A DNA stretch of 64,000 bases, taken from the NCBI GenBank assembly GCA_000991415.1, contig LBRM01000004.1, forward strand, positions 1,398 through 65,397, given 5' to 3'. A model generated the notes under the pieces. That model was not told the origin of the DNA and did not search any database. It was given only the letters and a program-made list of their open reading frames with translations. Below are positions 38,172-48,304 of the stretch, one piece after another. The stretch is from Candidatus Nomurabacteria bacterium GW2011_GWA1_36_15 (lineage in GTDB: Bacteria; Patescibacteriota; Minisyncoccia; Phycocordibacterales; UBA9973). The translations under genes and the position numbers were made by a program. Each line of letters opens with the position of its first letter. The first letter of the stretch is position 1.

Positions 38172-38444
38172 ATGTTGGATCAAAAATTAAAAAAGAAAGC
38201 GCTTCACAGAGCAAGAATAATTCGTGGTCAAATTGAAGGCTTAATAAAAGCGATAGAAGAGGAAAAGTATTGTATTGATTTAATAACACAGTCGAGATCA
38301 GTGCAACTCTCTCTAAAAAGTATGGATAGAGTTCTTTTAGCAAATCATCTTGGCAGTCATGTAAAGCATATGCTTAATGATACAAAACAAGAAGGTAAAG
38401 CAATTAAAGAACTTGTAAACCTATACGCATTATCAAATAAATAA
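38172..38444 (+). CDS. csoR: CsoR/RcnR-family metal-sensing transcriptional repressor
   Basis: 90 aa; [31 protein letters not shown]...HLGSHVKH (Cys/His metal ligands in DUF156 pattern). Confidence 0.7.
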   Translation: MLDQKLKKKALHRARIIRGQIEGLIKAIEEEKYCIDLITQSRSVQLSLKSMDRVLLANHLGSHVKHMLNDTKQEGKAIKELVNLYALSNK

Positions 38445-38455
38445 AACAAAATTAT

Positions 38456-38704
38456 ATGATGTATGGAATATATAATGGTTATGAAGGATGGGGTGTGGAG
38501 AATATGATGGGTTTTTGGGGAGGTGGTATTTTGATGATTTTATTTTGGGCCATAGTTATTTATTTTATTGTTTGGCTTGTTCGCAATAACAAGGCAAATG
38601 GAAAGGATAGTAATAAAGCCCTCGATATCTTGAAAGAAAGATATGCAAAAGGCGAGATAGATAAAAAAGAATTTGAAGAAAAGAAGAAAGAATTAAATGA
38701 TTAA
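38456..38704 (+). CDS. SHOCT-domain membrane protein
   Basis: TM helix then [26 protein letters not shown] (SHOCT motif). Confidence 0.75.
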   Translation: MMYGIYNGYEGWGVENMMGFWGGGILMILFWAIVIYFIVWLVRNNKANGKDSNKALDILKERYAKGEIDKKEFEEKKKELND

Positions 38705-38727
38705 TTATAGTTTAATATATAAAATTT

Positions 38728-39114
38728 ATGGAATTTGATTATACCTTAACTACAACTAAAACTTTTGACCAGACAGTTAAAAGAATACAAGATGAAATTG
38801 CCAAAGTCGGCATGCGGGTTTTATACATTCATGACGTTCAAAAAACTTTAGCCGAGAAGGGCTTTGAGAGAGAACCGTTTAAGATTGTCGAGTTTTGTAG
38901 CGCGAAATTTGCCAACGAGTTTTTGAATAAGGATATAAAAATCGGTCTTTGTCTGCCATGCAAGATAAATGTATACACCAAAGACGAACAGACTTTTATT
39001 TCTGGTATGCGTCCAATTGTTCTGCCACAGTTTTTCCCGCAGGCCGATTTAGGAGAAAGGCCCAAAGAAATTGACCAAATCATTCAAAACATTATCAATA
39101 ACGCGATAAATTAA
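38728..39114 (+). CDS. DUF302-domain protein
   Basis: 128 aa; pattern FDQTVKRIQDEIAKVGMRVLYIHDV...FKIVEFCSAKFANEFL...IGLCLPCKINVY typical of DUF302. Confidence 0.65.
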   Translation: MEFDYTLTTTKTFDQTVKRIQDEIAKVGMRVLYIHDVQKTLAEKGFEREPFKIVEFCSAKFANEFLNKDIKIGLCLPCKINVYTKDEQTFISGMRPIVLPQFFPQADLGERPKEIDQIIQNIINNAIN

Positions 39115-39120
39115 CTATTT

Positions 39121-39297
39121 ATGTTTAATATTTTTAAAGAAAAATGTCCAGTTTGCAAGATGGAACTAGAAAAAGGAAAAGATTATCCCGAAGAGTTTGG
39201 TAAAAAGTTTTGTTCGGAAAATTGCAAGGAAGAATATAAAAAGCAACCTGTTCGAGAACATTCACAGCATTCTGGTAGTGGATGTTGCCATTAAAAG
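39121..39297 (+). CDS. small TRASH/YHS-like metal-binding protein (58 aa; not in ORF track)
   Basis: MFNIFKEKCPVCKMELEKGKDYPEEFGKKFCSENCKEEYKK...GSGCCH: C-x2-C-x18-C-x3-C TRASH pattern plus C-terminal CCH; sits in copper operon. Confidence 0.5.
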
Positions 39298-39386
39298 CGA
39301 AGTCCCGTACCGAAGCGAAGCTTCTGGTTCGGGGGTCTAAAAAATTGAAAATTGAAAATTGATTATTAACCATTTAAATTAGAATT

Positions 39387-39659
39387 ATGGAAAAATTATC
39401 ACTAAAAAAATATGGCTGGAAATGTGTTTTGGGTTCAGAAATAATTTATTTTGTTTGTCTCTTGGGGGGTTTCTTAACTTTGCGTTCTGTCGAGGCTACG
39501 AAATTGCATCATACATTCTTCGAAATATTTCCTGGATTTACGTGGATCACTGTTGGAAGCGTGATACTCGGGGCCATTTATTTCTTTGTTTTCGCTTGGA
39601 TCTTCGCTTCCTATTTTGTTTGGATGCATAATTCAAGTTTGGTTGAAATAAAAAAATAA
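39387..39659 (+). CDS. hypothetical small membrane protein
   Basis: Two hydrophobic helices; 90 aa. Confidence 0.4.
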   Translation: MEKLSLKKYGWKCVLGSEIIYFVCLLGGFLTLRSVEATKLHHTFFEIFPGFTWITVGSVILGAIYFFVFAWIFASYFVWMHNSSLVEIKK

Positions 39660-39691
39660 AATTAATTTATAAAATTTAGAATGATAAGCAT

Positions 39692-39892
39692 ATGAATCAC
39701 GATAATCACAGTTCTAAAGCGATGTGGTGGATGATGATTCCCTGTCTTCTTTTGGTGGTAGTCATACTTTTAGGTGAGGGAAAATTGGCTTCATTTAGAT
39801 ATCTATGGCTTGTCATACTTGGTATCTGTGTGATCCCTCATATATGGATGATGCTTAAGGGACATAGAAGACATGGAAAAAATGATGAATAA
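39692..39892 (+). CDS. hypothetical small membrane protein
   Basis: 66 aa, two predicted TM helices. Confidence 0.35.
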   Translation: MNHDNHSSKAMWWMMIPCLLLVVVILLGEGKLASFRYLWLVILGICVIPHIWMMLKGHRRHGKNDE

Positions 39893-40325
39893 TAATATCA
39901 CAAAACCCATTCTGTACGGAATACTTGCAAGCACAATCTTGCTAGGAGTTTATTTTACAATACTCACATTGGTATCCGACTGGAGTTTTACACAAGATCA
40001 ATTTGCACGTTATTGGTATTTTGTTGTGGGTTTAGCAATGGGTTTTGGAATTCAGATTGCATTGTACCAGCATATTAAAAGTCTAGTACATGGCGGCCAA
40101 GGCATGGGCAAAGTAGTTGGTGTATCTGGAACTACTTCCACCGCTGCTATGATTTCTTGTTGCGTGCATTATTTAGTAAATCTGATACCTGTACTTGGGG
40201 TAACTGGACTTGTAACATTTGTTGCGCAATACCAGGTTGAATTGTTTTGGGTTGGTCTAACTTTTAATATATTCGGTATCGGGTATATGGCAAGTAGAAT
40301 TATTGGATTTAAAAAACATCTGTAG
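39873..40325 (+). CDS. hypothetical polytopic membrane protein with SCC motif (possible metal permease)
   Basis: 150 aa, 4 hydrophobic helices, AAMISCCVHY vicinal Cys reminiscent of MerT-type metal-binding CC. Confidence 0.4.
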   Translation: MEKMMNNNITKPILYGILASTILLGVYFTILTLVSDWSFTQDQFARYWYFVVGLAMGFGIQIALYQHIKSLVHGGQGMGKVVGVSGTTSTAAMISCCVHYLVNLIPVLGVTGLVTFVAQYQVELFWVGLTFNIFGIGYMASRIIGFKKHL

Positions 40326-40399
40326 ACACTTAGGAATTGAAAATTTCCGGCATAGGCGGTGTGGCAAGAAGTTTTACTTGGCAATTCAAATAAAATTAT

Positions 40400-42955
40400 A
40401 TGAAAAAAGAGACATACAAAATTCACGGGATGCATTGCGCCAGTTGTGTTATTACCATTGAAAAAGCACTTTCAAAAACGAATGGAGTGCATTCTGCTTC
40501 AGTCAATTACGCCACAGAATCAGCTCTGATTGAATTTGATGAAAATATTATTTCTGAGCTAGATCTTGCCAAGGTTGTGGATGGAGCAGGGTATCATCTT
40601 ATTATTTCTAATGATACCAAAGTTGATTCTCTTAAAAAAAATGAAATGACTACCGGTGAAAATAGTGAAACAGTTTCAATAAAAGTTTTGGGTATGGATT
40701 CACCACATTGCGCTATGGTTGTGGAAGAAGCCATAAAGAAGTTGTCAGGCATAAAAAATACGGATGTTGATTTTTCAAATCAGCGGGCGAAAGTTGTTTT
40801 TGATTCCCCTTTGCTGAATATTGACGCTATTTTGAAAGTCATTCTTGACGCAGGTTATAAACCAATCAAAGAAGAAGGCGAGGCAGAAGAAATTTTAGAT
40901 AAAGAAAAAATTGAAAGGAAAAAACAGCTAAAAACACTGAAGAGTAAGCTAATTATTGGTGGTATTCTTTCTGCTTTTATATTTTTGGGCAGTTTTCCTG
41001 AATGGTTTTCTTTTGTCCCTAAAATTGTAAACAATAATTTGGTACTTCTTTTGTTGACGACACCAGTGCAGTTTTGGGTAGGTTCTCAATTTTATAGCGG
41101 ACTAAAGCTTCTTTTTAAATATCGCGCGGTTGATATGAATACTTTGATTGCTATTGGAACGTTGGCGGCATATTTTTACAGTGTGGTGGTGACGGTTTTT
41201 CCCTCCTTTTTTATAAAAGGAGGCATAACACCGGCAATCTATTTTGATACATCGGCTATCATTATAGTTTTGATTCTTTTGGGAAAATATTTTGAAGTTT
41301 TAATGAAAGGAAGAGCTTCAGAGGCTATAAAGAAATTGATTGGTTTACAACCGAAAACCGCGAAAATTCTGCGAGATGGCAAAGAAATTGAAATATCAAT
41401 ATCAGAAGTGCAAGTTGGAGATTTAATAGTTGTCCGACCGGGAGAAAGGATTCCAGTGGATGGAAAAATAGTTGAGGGAGAATCGGAAATTGATGAATCA
41501 ATGATTACCGGGGAATCAATGCCGGTCCATAAAAAAATAGATGGCCTTGTTATCGGTAGTACTATAAATAAATTTGGTGCTTTTACTTTCCGTGCGACCA
41601 AGATTGGTAAGGACACGATGCTCTCGCGAATTATTAAAATGGTAGAGGAGGCACAGGGTTCTAAAGCGCCGATTCAACGATTGGCTGATATTGTTTCTTC
41701 TTACTTCGTTCCGGCCGTATTTATCATAGCTGTTCTGAGTTTTATTATTTGGTTCATTTTTGGACCAAATCCTGCTTTTACATTTGCTCTCATTAATTTC
41801 GTAGCAGTTTTGATAATTGCTTGTCCTTGTGCTTTAGGGCTTGCTACCCCCATGGCTATTATGGTTTCTTCCGGTAGTGCTGCTTCTCGAGGTATCTTAA
41901 TTAAAGATGCAGCTTCCCTTGAAATTGCTAATAAAATAAATACAGTAATTTTGGATAAAACAGGCACCCTAACTCAAGGGAAACCGCAACTGACCGATAT
42001 TATTGCGTTTAATGCCAGCCGACAAACAGAGATTCTTACCTTGGCTGCTTCTTTGGAACAGCGTTCAGAACATTCTTTGGCGCAAGCCATATTGCAATAT
42101 GCGGTAAGCCTTGATCAAAAATCTTCACACCCACTCGATAAAATTATCATAGATGAGGCGATAAAAGAAAAAATTGAACTGTATAGATTGGAAGATTTCA
42201 AAGCTATTTCCGGAAAAGGCCTGAAGGGATTTTTGCAGATTCAATCCCAAAAAGTTGAGGCATACTTGGGAAACCGGGCTTTGGTTGCAGATCTTGGATT
42301 GGATGTTTCTTCTTATGAAAATAATATTAGTAAACTTGAAAACGAAGGCAAGACTGTGATGATTCTAGTGGTTGATAAAATTGTTAGAGGCGCACTGGCC
42401 GTGGCCGATGTGTTGAAAAAAGAATCAATTGAAGCAATACAAGCACTCAAAAAAAATGGCATAGAAGTTTGGATGCTTACAGGGGACAATGACCGCACAG
42501 CTAAAGCTATAGCTTCTCAAGTAGGCATAGATAATGTGATGAGTGAAGTATTACCGGATAAAAAGTCAGAAAAAGTGCGCGAGCTTCAAGAACAAGGAAA
42601 AATAGTGGCAATGATTGGAGATGGGATAAACGACGCTCCAGCGCTTACTCAAGCAAATATCGGCATTGCCATGGGTGAAGGTACAGATATCGCTATGGAA
42701 TCAGCCAACATTACTTTGATAAGAGGTGATTTAATGCTTATTTTTGAAGTAATAAAAATTTCAAAACGAACGATGAGAATAATAAAGCAGAATCTTTTCT
42801 GGGCATTTTTCTATAATATTGCCTTTATTCCCGTTGCCGCTGGCGTTCTCTATCCGTTTTTTGGAATTCTACTTAATCCGATTTTTGCCGCTGTGGCTAT
42901 GGCTTTTAGTAGTATCAGTGTTGTCTTCAATTCCTTGAGATTAAGAAGAATATAA
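40400..42955 (+). CDS. copA: copper-translocating P1B-type ATPase
   Basis: N-terminal HMA GMHCASCV plus second degenerate HMA; TM CPC motif IACPCALGLATP; DKTGTLT phosphorylation site; GDGINDAPAL. Confidence 0.93.
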   Translation: MKKETYKIHGMHCASCVITIEKALSKTNGVHSASVNYATESALIEFDENIISELDLAKVVDGAGYHLIISNDTKVDSLKKNEMTTGENSETVSIKVLGMDSPHCAMVVEEAIKKLSGIKNTDVDFSNQRAKVVFDSPLLNIDAILKVILDAGYKPIKEEGEAEEILDKEKIERKKQLKTLKSKLIIGGILSAFIFLGSFPEWFSFVPKIVNNNLVLLLLTTPVQFWVGSQFYSGLKLLFKYRAVDMNTLIAIGTLAAYFYSVVVTVFPSFFIKGGITPAIYFDTSAIIIVLILLGKYFEVLMKGRASEAIKKLIGLQPKTAKILRDGKEIEISISEVQVGDLIVVRPGERIPVDGKIVEGESEIDESMITGESMPVHKKIDGLVIGSTINKFGAFTFRATKIGKDTMLSRIIKMVEEAQGSKAPIQRLADIVSSYFVPAVFIIAVLSFIIWFIFGPNPAFTFALINFVAVLIIACPCALGLATPMAIMVSSGSAASRGILIKDAASLEIANKINTVILDKTGTLTQGKPQLTDIIAFNASRQTEILTLAASLEQRSEHSLAQAILQYAVSLDQKSSHPLDKIIIDEAIKEKIELYRLEDFKAISGKGLKGFLQIQSQKVEAYLGNRALVADLGLDVSSYENNISKLENEGKTVMILVVDKIVRGALAVADVLKKESIEAIQALKKNGIEVWMLTGDNDRTAKAIASQVGIDNVMSEVLPDKKSEKVRELQEQGKIVAMIGDGINDAPALTQANIGIAMGEGTDIAMESANITLIRGDLMLIFEVIKISKRTMRIIKQNLFWAFFYNIAFIPVAAGVLYPFFGILLNPIFAAVAMAFSSISVVFNSLRLRRI

Positions 42956-43031
42956 GCGATGAATTCCTTGTTTACTGACAGATGATTATTTGTAAAAGAA
43001 TATAAAATTTGATAGTATACAGGAATTATAA

Positions 43032-43104
43032 GCCGGCATAGCTCAGTTGGTAGAGCGCCACTTTTGTAAAGTGGATGTCGAGGGTTCAAATCCTTCTGCC
43101 GGCT
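43032..43104 (+). tRNA. tRNA-Thr (anticodon TGT)
   Basis: Cloverleaf: acceptor gccggca/tgccggc, D-arm gctc-agttggta-gagc, anticodon stem ccact/agtgg with loop ttTGTaa, T-arm gaggg-ttcaaat-ccttc; CCA not encoded. Confidence 0.85.
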
Positions 43105-43106
43105 CA

Positions 43107-43520
43107 TTATTCTATACCTTCTTCTTCTTTTATTCTATGTTTTATTGCTCTAATCTTATGTCTATATTCTGAAATTATTTTTAAATATTTTGAAACTTCT
43201 TTTTTTTCTGCTGTTTCATCTGAAGTATCTTTTCTAAATTTCTTAAATCTAGTTTTTATTTCTTTTGCTAAAATAGTACTTTTATTTTTTATAAAACTTG
43301 AAGATTTAATGAAGAATCTAAGCATTATGAAAAGGGTTACATAACTTAATTTTTTAGTACCCTTAGAAGCCAGATATTTTATTTTTTGCAAATCTGGAAC
43401 AAAAGGATGCGAATGTTGTGTTTTTACAACCAAACCATTTTTAACAAGTACAAGCTCACGCCATACCATTATAATGATACCGGCTAGTGATAAGAAAAAT
43501 AAAATTAAGGGTAAATACAT
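43107..43520 (-). CDS. hypothetical membrane-anchored protein
   Basis: 137 aa, N-terminal TM helix, K-rich. Confidence 0.4.
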   Translation of the reverse strand: MYLPLILFFLSLAGIIIMVWRELVLVKNGLVVKTQHSHPFVPDLQKIKYLASKGTKKLSYVTLFIMLRFFIKSSSFIKNKSTILAKEIKTRFKKFRKDTSDETAEKKEVSKYLKIISEYRHKIRAIKHRIKEEEGIE

Positions 43521-43527
43521 AATATTT

Positions 43528-44325
43528 TTATATTGAATAACGTATTACTTCTTTTATCTTTGCCTTGTTTTTGTCTAAGAGTCCGCTTATTGTTTCCTCT
43601 CCGTTTTTTATAAATACTTGGTCCAGCAAGGTCTTCTCTTTGAAATAGGTATTTATCTTGCCTTCCAATATTTTTTTCTTTATTTCTTCCGGTTTGTCAA
43701 CGCCGGCAATTTCTTTTTGGAAAATTTCACTGATTGTTTTTTTCACATTCTCGGTTATCTCACTTTGGAAAATATATTCTGGTTTCATGGCAGTGATGTG
43801 CATAGCGATATCTTTGGCCAATTCTTCATTTCCGCCCTCTAGAGAAACAACAACAGCAATCTTATTATTATGTACGTAATTTCCCAAAACATTTCCTTTT
43901 ATTTCATATACATCACCAAGTTCTATTTTTTCTCCAGTTTTCTGAATGACAAGATCAATCATGCTTTTTGCTTCCTCTTTCATCTTTTCTATGCCTTCTT
44001 TCATGGCTTTATCTCCCAAATTAGAAAGTAAAGTTACAAAGTCTTCATTTCTGGAAACAAAGTCAGTTTCACAATGAAGGCTAACTAAGATAGATTTTTT
44101 TCCTGTCTGTCCAGGCAAGTTTTCTACTTTAATACAGACTCTTCCATCTTTGGTTTCGCGACTTGCTTTTTTCAAGGCGATATCTGAGCTTGTCTTTTTT
44201 AGAATAGCCAGAGCTTTTTTCATATCTCCTTCAGCTTCTTCTAGTGCATTTTTACACTGCATTACGGAGATGCCTGTCTCATCTCTAAGTTCTTTTATCA
44301 ACTTAGTAGTTATATCTTTAGACAT
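43528..44325 (-). CDS. tsf: translation elongation factor Ts
   Basis: N-terminal UBA-like LIKELRDETGISVMQCKNALEEAEGDMKKALAIL; follows rpsB. Confidence 0.9.
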   Translation of the reverse strand: MSKDITTKLIKELRDETGISVMQCKNALEEAEGDMKKALAILKKTSSDIALKKASRETKDGRVCIKVENLPGQTGKKSILVSLHCETDFVSRNEDFVTLLSNLGDKAMKEGIEKMKEEAKSMIDLVIQKTGEKIELGDVYEIKGNVLGNYVHNNKIAVVVSLEGGNEELAKDIAMHITAMKPEYIFQSEITENVKKTISEIFQKEIAGVDKPEEIKKKILEGKINTYFKEKTLLDQVFIKNGEETISGLLDKNKAKIKEVIRYSI

Positions 44326-44330
44326 ATTGT

Positions 44331-45137
44331 TTATTTTTCTTTGACGGATAAAGACATTGAGCCTTTTTTATAAGCATCAGCGATAGAAGCAGTAAAAAAC
44401 TTGATGGACAATATGCCGGAATCATTGCCGACTATCGGATAATTTATGTCTTTGATATTTGAATCGGAATTTACCAATGCCACGACAGGCACATCTGATT
44501 TTTTGGCTTCTGTGGCAGCTATGTGTTCCGCCTTTGGGTCAATGACAAATAAAGCGTCAGGAGTCTTTTTTAAGCTGATTAAACCCCCGTAATACTTTGA
44601 AAGCTTTTCCATTTTTTTAGCCATAACTACTCGCTCTTTCTTTGTATATTTTTCAAGTCCGCCCTCTACGCTTTCTTTATTATATTTTTCAAGTTCAGTA
44701 ATTCTTTTTTTTATTTCTGTAAAATTACTCAAGGTGCCTCCGATCCAGCGTATATTCACATAAGGCATATTTAAATTTGACGCTTCATTTTTTATTATAT
44801 CTCTAGCCTCGGGTTTTGTACCGACGAAAAGAATAATTTTATTTTGAGCGCCTAGATTTTTAACAAATTCCATTGCTTCTTCAAGCATAACGCTTGTTTT
44901 TTCAAGATCTATTATGTCGCTATTATTTTTGGTGGCATATATATATGAAGAAACAGAAGGATGTCTTCTTGATTTTCCATAGCCATAATGCGCCCCCGCC
45001 TCGAACATTTTTTCTATGCTTGTGGAAACACTCGCATTTCTATTTTCTACCTTCTGTGGCTTCAGGCTCGTAGTTTGTGGCTTCAAGCTTGTAGTTTGCA
45101 TAAGGGTCATTCTAGCAAAAGATTCGCATTTTTGCAA
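44331..45137 (-). CDS. rpsB: 30S ribosomal protein S2 (with ~40-aa N-terminal extension containing a 7-aa tandem repeat)
   Basis: Conserved core from MFEAGAHYGYGKSRRHP...; extension MQ...TTSLKPQTTSLKPQ encoded by 21-bp tandem repeat at ~45055-45096; true start may be internal. Confidence 0.88.
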   Translation of the reverse strand: MQKCESFARMTLMQTTSLKPQTTSLKPQKVENRNASVSTSIEKMFEAGAHYGYGKSRRHPSVSSYIYATKNNSDIIDLEKTSVMLEEAMEFVKNLGAQNKIILFVGTKPEARDIIKNEASNLNMPYVNIRWIGGTLSNFTEIKKRITELEKYNKESVEGGLEKYTKKERVVMAKKMEKLSKYYGGLISLKKTPDALFVIDPKAEHIAATEAKKSDVPVVALVNSDSNIKDINYPIVGNDSGILSIKFFTASIADAYKKGSMSLSVKEK

Positions 45138-45204
45138 CCGAGCTATTAATAATAGAGAGTTTTATAACTTTGACCAAAAGACTTTTTTCGGTTAATATGA
45201 AGGA

Positions 45205-46464
45205 ATGAGACAATCTAAACTTTTTACTAAGACTAAGAAAGAGGTTCCAACCGACGAAATGTCAAAAAATGCGGAACTGCTTCTTCGTGGAGGCTTTATT
45301 CATAAGGAAATAGCCGGGGTATATTCATATTTACCTCTTGGCTTGAGTGTTTTAAATAAAATTGAAAATATTATTCGTGAGGAAATGAATGCCATTGGCG
45401 GACAGGAAATTGTTATGACCGCACTTCAAAACCCGGAACTTTGGAAAAAAACTGATCGCTGGGATGATCAAAAAGTAGATATCTGGTTCAAAACAAAATT
45501 AAAAAATGATACAGAACTTGGTTTAGGATTTACTCACGAAGAACCTTTAACTAACATAATGAAAAATTATATAAGTTCCTACCGGGATTTGCCGTGCTAT
45601 GTTTATCAATTTCAAACAAAATTTCGCAACGAAATTCGCGCAAAAAGTGGAGTGATGCGCACTCGGGAGTTTATGATGAAAGACCTTTATTCGTTTTCCA
45701 AAGATGAAAAAGAGCATAATGAATTTTATGAAAAATCAAAAGAGGCTTACAAAAATATTTTTAAAAGAGTAGGCATAGGGCATCTAACTTACATCACTTT
45801 CGCCTCAGGCGGATCTTTTTCAAAATTTTCTCATGAATTTCAGACAGTTAGTGCTACGGGGGAAGATACAATTTATATTAATGAAGAAAATAATGTTGCT
45901 GTCAATAAAGAAGTTTGCGATGATGAAGTTATTTCTAGTCTTGGTTTGGAGAAGAATAAATTAGTTGAAAAAAAAGCAGTGGAAGTTGGAAATATATTTA
46001 CCTTGGGAACTCGTTTTTCAGATGCCCTAGATTTGACTTATCAAACAGAAAAAGGGGATAAAAAGCCAGTATTTATGGGTTCTTATGGTATCGGACCGGC
46101 CCGTCTGATGGGTGCTGTGGTAGAGGTATTAGCCGATGATAAAGGTATAATATGGCCGGAGTCTATTGCTCCCTTTAAGGTACATCTTCTGTCTCTAGGT
46201 GAAGAAGAAAATGTTAAAAAACAAGCGGAATATGTTTATGATACTTTAATGAAAAAAAATATTGAAGTGCTTTTTGACGACAGAAAGGGAATATCCCCGG
46301 GTGAAAAATTTGCTGAGGCGGATCTTTTAGGTATGCCTTATCGGGTAGTTATTTCTGCTCGAAGTATGAAAGATAACGGTATAGAAATAAAAAAACGCAA
46401 CGAAGAAAAAGGACAAAGTGTCTCTTTAGAAGAATTATTAAAATTACTAGCGTCTAATCACTAG
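45205..46464 (+). CDS. proS: proline--tRNA ligase (short bacterial form without editing insertion)
   Basis: MRQSKLFTKTKKEVPTDEMSKNAELLLRGGFIHKEIAGVYSYLPLGLSVLNKIENIIREEMN; motif 2 RTREFMMKDLYSF. Confidence 0.88.
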   Translation: MRQSKLFTKTKKEVPTDEMSKNAELLLRGGFIHKEIAGVYSYLPLGLSVLNKIENIIREEMNAIGGQEIVMTALQNPELWKKTDRWDDQKVDIWFKTKLKNDTELGLGFTHEEPLTNIMKNYISSYRDLPCYVYQFQTKFRNEIRAKSGVMRTREFMMKDLYSFSKDEKEHNEFYEKSKEAYKNIFKRVGIGHLTYITFASGGSFSKFSHEFQTVSATGEDTIYINEENNVAVNKEVCDDEVISSLGLEKNKLVEKKAVEVGNIFTLGTRFSDALDLTYQTEKGDKKPVFMGSYGIGPARLMGAVVEVLADDKGIIWPESIAPFKVHLLSLGEEENVKKQAEYVYDTLMKKNIEVLFDDRKGISPGEKFAEADLLGMPYRVVISARSMKDNGIEIKKRNEEKGQSVSLEELLKLLASNH

Positions 46465-46485
46465 AACCCAACAGCTAATTATTTA

Positions 46486-47532
46486 ATGTTTGATAAAATT
46501 TACAAATTAATTTCAAATGACATTGGCATAGATTTGGGTACCTCAAATACTTTAGTTTATTTGAAAGGGCACGGCATTGTCATTAATGAACCTTCGGTGG
46601 TAGCGGTAAATATTAAAACTAACCAAATTCTGGCAGTAGGTGAAAAAGCGAAAGAGATGCTTGGACGAACTCCCGGACATATCAAAGCAGTTCGTCCGCT
46701 GGTGGATGGCGTCATCTCAGATTTTGAAGTGACAGAAGAAATGCTTTCATATTTGATAAATAAAGCAGATAAAATATCTAAAAAATTTACCAGACCAAGA
46801 GTCTTAATCGGTGTTCCGTCTGGTACCACTAATGTTGAAACGCGCGCTGTTTATGATGCTGCTCGTTCGGCCGGCGCGCGAGAAGTATTTTTGGTAGAAG
46901 AACCAATGGCAGCAGCTATCGGTATTAAACTTCCCATCAGAGATCCTGTTGGCTCTATGATTATAGATATCGGCGGTGGCACAACAGACATCGCAGTAAT
47001 TTCTTTAGGCGGAATTGTTAAATCAAAAAATTTGAAAGTGGCGGGTGACAAATTAAACAATGATATTATTACATACATGCGGGATGAATTTAAAATTTTA
47101 ATCGGTGAAACTACGGCTGAAATGGTTAAAATAGTTATCGGTTCCGCTCTTGCTGGAGAATATATGGAAACAGAAGTACGTGGACGCGATTTATTAACGG
47201 GCTTGCCTCGCGAAGTAGTGGTAACGGATTCCGATATTCGTGAAGCATTTTCCGCCTCAATCAAAGAGCTTATAGAAGGGGTGAAAGACGTATTGGAAAC
47301 AACACCTCCTGAAATTCTATCTGACATAATGCATAGAGGGATTACTCTTTCCGGGGGCGGAGCATTATTACCGGGACTTGGAGAACTCTTGCAGAATGTT
47401 CTTAAAATTCCTGTTTATGTGATAGATGATCCGCTTACGGCCGTGGCTCGAGGCACGGGTGTTATTTTGGATGATATTTCCTCCTATGATGAAGTTTTGA
47501 TTTACAATCAAGATGAGTTACCTCTTAGATAA
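46486..47532 (+). CDS. mreB: rod shape-determining protein MreB
   Basis: Actin-fold motifs IGIDLGTSNTLVY, DIGGGTTDIAVISLGG, LSGGGALLPGL. Confidence 0.93.
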   Translation: MFDKIYKLISNDIGIDLGTSNTLVYLKGHGIVINEPSVVAVNIKTNQILAVGEKAKEMLGRTPGHIKAVRPLVDGVISDFEVTEEMLSYLINKADKISKKFTRPRVLIGVPSGTTNVETRAVYDAARSAGAREVFLVEEPMAAAIGIKLPIRDPVGSMIIDIGGGTTDIAVISLGGIVKSKNLKVAGDKLNNDIITYMRDEFKILIGETTAEMVKIVIGSALAGEYMETEVRGRDLLTGLPREVVVTDSDIREAFSASIKELIEGVKDVLETTPPEILSDIMHRGITLSGGGALLPGLGELLQNVLKIPVYVIDDPLTAVARGTGVILDDISSYDEVLIYNQDELPLR

Positions 47533-48304
47533 AAAAATAAAAAGAAATAAATTTTTCAAATATATACTTTTTATCATAGCTTTATTTATTTTAATTTATT
47601 TTAGATCTGGTATTTTTTATGGACTTTCTTATATTTCCAGCATCGTTTTTCGTCCTGTTTTGATTTTAGGAAATAATGTTGGTGAAAAATTATCAAATAC
47701 TGGTTCTTATTTTTATTCTAAAAACTCTCTTCTCTTGGAAAATGAAAATTTTAAATTTAAATTAAAAGAACAAGAAGCAAAAATATCAAATTATAATTCC
47801 ATTTTGGATGAAAATTTAAAGATTAAAGAAATTTTAGGACGCAAACAAGAGAAAACTAATATGGTTCTAGCTAGTATTTTATCTAAACCCAATCAATCTC
47901 CTTACGATACACTCATTATTGATGTGGGTGTGAAAAATGGAATATTGTTAGGACAAAAAGTTTTTGCCTTAGGGAATATACCAATTGGATATATCGCTGA
48001 AATTTACCCAAATTCCGCCAAAGTTATTTTGTTTTCGAATCCGGGAGAAAAAACAGAAGTCATAATTTCTGGAAGGGACACCTTTATGCAAGTGATCGGG
48101 CGGGGCGGAGGAAATTTTGAAATGATTTTGCCGAGGGATTTTATTTTGGAAAAAGGGACGGAAGTGGTTTTACCGGGTATCACGCCTTATACATTGGGAA
48201 TAGTCCAGACGATTCTTTCCGACCCGCGCGACTCCTTCCAAAAAGCATTACTTGCCAGTCCGGTGAATATTTTTGAATTGAAATTTGTGGAAGTGGAACA
48301 GTAA
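47513..48304 (+). CDS. mreC: rod shape-determining protein MreC
   Basis: N-terminal TM, coiled-coil, C-terminal beta domain; follows mreB with overlap. Confidence 0.8.
   Translation: MSYLLDKKIKRNKFFKYILFIIALFILIYFRSGIFYGLSYISSIVFRPVLILGNNVGEKLSNTGSYFYSKNSLLLENENFKFKLKEQEAKISNYNSILDENLKIKEILGRKQEKTNMVLASILSKPNQSPYDTLIIDVGVKNGILLGQKVFALGNIPIGYIAEIYPNSAKVILFSNPGEKTEVIISGRDTFMQVIGRGGGNFEMILPRDFILEKGTEVVLPGITPYTLGIVQTILSDPRDSFQKALLASPVNIFELKFVEVEQ

Noticed and set aside
39134-39373. 79-aa minus-strand ORF
   Set aside because: A plus-strand 58-aa TRASH-motif ORF (39121-39297) with a clean C-x2-C...C-x3-C pattern fits the copper operon and its strand; the antisense ORF has no motifs.
42850-43107. 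85-aa minus-strand ORF
   Set aside because: Completely overlaps the tRNA-Thr gene and the copA 3' end; its translation is an artefact of antisense tRNA sequence.
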